From an uncultured virus (IMG/VR IMGVR_UViG_3300013005_004049) (lineage: Duplodnaviria; Heunggongvirae; Uroviricota; Caudoviricetes): 20,000 bases of DNA. The notes below the pieces were generated by a model. That model had not been told where the DNA came from, did no database searches, and worked only from the letters and a program-made list of their open reading frames with translations. Of this stretch, positions 18,312 through 20,000 are shown piece after piece; the stretch's first letter is position 1; every line of letters starts with the position of its first letter. A program made the translations under genes and the position numbers. The stretch covers positions 52,198 to 72,197 of IMG/VR virus record IMGVR_UViG_3300013005_004049. The stretch is one strand, 5' to 3'.

Positions 18312-18586
18312 TATTCGACCCTTTCAATAAGATGATAACCAAACTGTGTTTGGACTGGCTCACTGATTTCGCCTATGCCTAGGCCAAACGCAGCATCTTC
18401 AAATGGCCTTACCATCTGGCCACGCCCAAATGATCCTAGATCGCCACCGTTGGCTTTGCTTGGACACATGCTGTGTAACTGCGCCAGTTCAGCAAAATTA
18501 CTGCCTTCGTCAATCTTGGCCTTTAATGTATTGGCGGTGTTTAGATCGCTTACCAGAATGTGTCTGGCTCTTACTGCTGTTGTCAT
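18311..18586 (-). CDS. ppiC: parvulin-type peptidyl-prolyl cis-trans isomerase
   Basis: ARHILV, FAELAQLHSMCPS..NGGDLGSF.RGQMV.PFEDAAF, PVQTQFGYHLI; AGGA SD. Confidence 0.95.
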   Translation of the reverse strand: MTTAVRARHILVSDLNTANTLKAKIDEGSNFAELAQLHSMCPSKANGGDLGSFGRGQMVRPFEDAAFGLGIGEISEPVQTQFGYHLIERVE

Positions 18587-18598
18587 TGATTTTCCTTT

Positions 18599-19030
18599 CT
18601 AGTCGATGATGATTTGTCTACCGGTGTTGATTTGGTTTGCTACTCGTTCCACAATGTAGAACAATGTTGCGTTGACAATAGTTTGTGCCACTGCAAATGC
18701 AAATGCCACACTGTTGTTTTCTGTGATGATAAGTCTTGCCAAAATTGTTGCAACAACAATTACTATGATTCTATATGTAACTGTTTTGACAAAACTGCGC
18801 AGGTAACTTTCTGTTCCACTGTCAGTGCGACGCCAAGAGAATTTGTTCCATATTCTATCGTGTGCGTAGTACATGATTGTGCCAAGTATCACACTGGCTA
18901 TGGCCATGGTTCCAGAAGTGGCTGAGTCTGCACCCAGTGCAAGTGAAATGCAATAAACAGCAATAGTACAAAGAATTCTATAAATTACTGTTTTGGTAAT
19001 GGTTCGTGTGTGCGATTCTTTGACTAACAT
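18599..19030 (-). CDS. membrane protein with two tandem DUF2061-like domains
   Basis: Repeat 1 ESHTRTITKTVIYRI...YYAHDRIWNKFSW; repeat 2 ESYLRSFVKTVTYRI...FYIVERVANQI. GAGGA SD. Confidence 0.75.
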   Translation of the reverse strand: MLVKESHTRTITKTVIYRILCTIAVYCISLALGADSATSGTMAIASVILGTIMYYAHDRIWNKFSWRRTDSGTESYLRSFVKTVTYRIIVIVVATILARLIITENNSVAFAFAVAQTIVNATLFYIVERVANQINTGRQIIID

Positions 19031-19044
19031 AATATCCTCTTGAA

Positions 19045-19250
19045 AGTGTCTGGCTACTGGTCCTCACCAGCCCCGGACTGAGCAGTTACTCTGTCCACTG
19101 CGCTATCTCCTCTGGAAGGGTCGCAAGCCGCCCGCCCACGGCAGTTTGAGTATCCCCTAAAAAGGGACTCTGGGCCAGGTCCGTGTGTGCCCAGCGGTTT
19201 CTATGGTGATCGCCTCCACCCACTTTACTAACAGGAAAGTGTAACCGAGG
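19045..19250 (-). ncRNA. candidate structured non-coding RNA abutting the tRNA-Met 3' end (family not recognised)
   Basis: No ORF in the track; ~58% GC by hand count; at least seven hand-folded stems and a possible pseudoknot (see findings). Confidence 0.6.
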
Positions 19251-19251
19251 T

Positions 19252-19327
19252 TGGTTGCAGAGGCAGGATTCGAACCTGCGATTCCCGGCTTATGAGACCG
19301 GACGGATGACCACTTCCATACTCTGCG
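19252..19327 (-). tRNA. tRNA-Met(CAT), initiator-like
   Basis: CGCAGAG TA TGGA AGTGGTCA TCCG T CCGGT CTCATAA GCCGG GAATC GCAGG TTCGAAT CCTGC CTCTGCA A CCA; C1:A72 mismatch and G11:C24. Confidence 0.9.
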
Positions 19328-19333
19328 TCTGAT

Positions 19334-20000
19334 TTAATCTCGCTTGCTACCAAACAACTGTAGCAAAGCAATAAAAATATTGATAAAATCCAGATACAAG
19401 CTCAGAGCGCCTAGTGTGCGCACCTTGCCATCATCATTGCCGCTGTAGTAGATTTCCTTGAGTTTCTGAACATCGTAGGCAGTGAGTCCTACAAAAATCA
19501 ACACGGCCAACACATTGATTACTTGTGCAAGTACCGGCAATGCTAGCCAGATGTTCACAACACTTGCTATGATGATACCAATCAATCCCACAAACAGGAA
19601 TGACCCCATGCTGGTTAGATCGCGTTTGGTTGTATAGCCCATGATTGCAAAAGTGGCAAACACGCCAGCTGACACCAGAAACGCTGTGATAATGCTGGCC
19701 CCTGTGTACACAAGAAAAATACTGCCCATGCTTAGGCCTTGTGCCACAGCAAATCCAATAAACAACAGGATCAAGGTATTGACACTAAAGCGTTCTGAAC
19801 CAAAACTCATGGCCAACACAAACGCCAGTGGGCTCAGGATGATCAACCAGGTAAGGATGCCGCCTGTGTATAAAAATGGCATCATGCTGGCCAGTCCGGC
19901 TGTGACGCCAGAAATAACCAGAGCTGCTGTCATGCGCATGAACACATCACGGAAAAAGTTCTGCACTCCAGAGTCGACGGTTTCAATTGCTGTAAAAGAA
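19334..20000 (-). CDS. Bax inhibitor-1/YccA family membrane protein (5' end beyond window)
   Basis: Multi-TM protein with GYTTKRDL..MGSFL, FVGLTAYDVQK and GALSLYLDFINIF. The frame stays open past GTG 19966 to the window edge (SFTAIETVDSGVQ). Confidence 0.9.
   Translation of the reverse strand, partial: SFTAIETVDSGVQNFFRDVFMRMTAALVISGVTAGLASMMPFLYTGGILTWLIILSPLAFVLAMSFGSERFSVNTLILLFIGFAVAQGLSMGSIFLVYTGASIITAFLVSAGVFATFAIMGYTTKRDLTSMGSFLFVGLIGIIIASVVNIWLALPVLAQVINVLAVLIFVGLTAYDVQKLKEIYYSGNDDGKVRTLGALSLYLDFINIFIALLQLFGSKRD

Noticed and set aside
19195..19251. Theta (HDV-like) ribozyme at the tRNA 3' end
   Set aside because: The position fits, but the sequence after CCA starts ACCTC rather than G. 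I could not build the nested double-pseudoknot core by hand, and the structure extends ~200 nt. Not excluded without a motif search.

Overview
This gene-dense window most likely comes from a large dsDNA phage (T4-like or jumbo type). That is an inference from a T4-type late promoter (TATAAATA), a near-consensus sigma70 promoter driving tiny orphan ORFs, CCA-encoding tRNAs interleaved with small ORFs, and the absence of core housekeeping genes. Left to right: (1) a small early-type operon, 1-1091 (-); (2) a divergent ~11.5 kb nucleotide-sugar/glycan island. Its minus arm carries an RfbB dehydratase, a 2OG-Fe(II) oxygenase, a GT9, an NDP-sugar C-methyltransferase and two DUF5672 proteins. Its plus arm carries Gmd, a cytidylyltransferase-cupin fusion, a ColD-like His-type PLP enzyme, DUF6165 and a GT-like protein; (3) a radical SAM + PglD/NeuD-like acyltransferase + B12-radical SAM operon starting 13 nt after tRNA-Gly; (4) two tRNA-Gly genes flanking a 49-aa basic ORF and a CCA-ended tRNA minihelix; (5) an antisense radical SAM gene, parvulin, DUF2061, an initiator-like tRNA-Met and YccA. 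The top unexplained element is a ~206-nt GC-rich, multi-hairpin, probably pseudoknotted non-coding segment immediately 3' of tRNA-Met. Five coding regions missing from the supplied ORF track were read by hand. All family calls come from motif recognition, not database searches.
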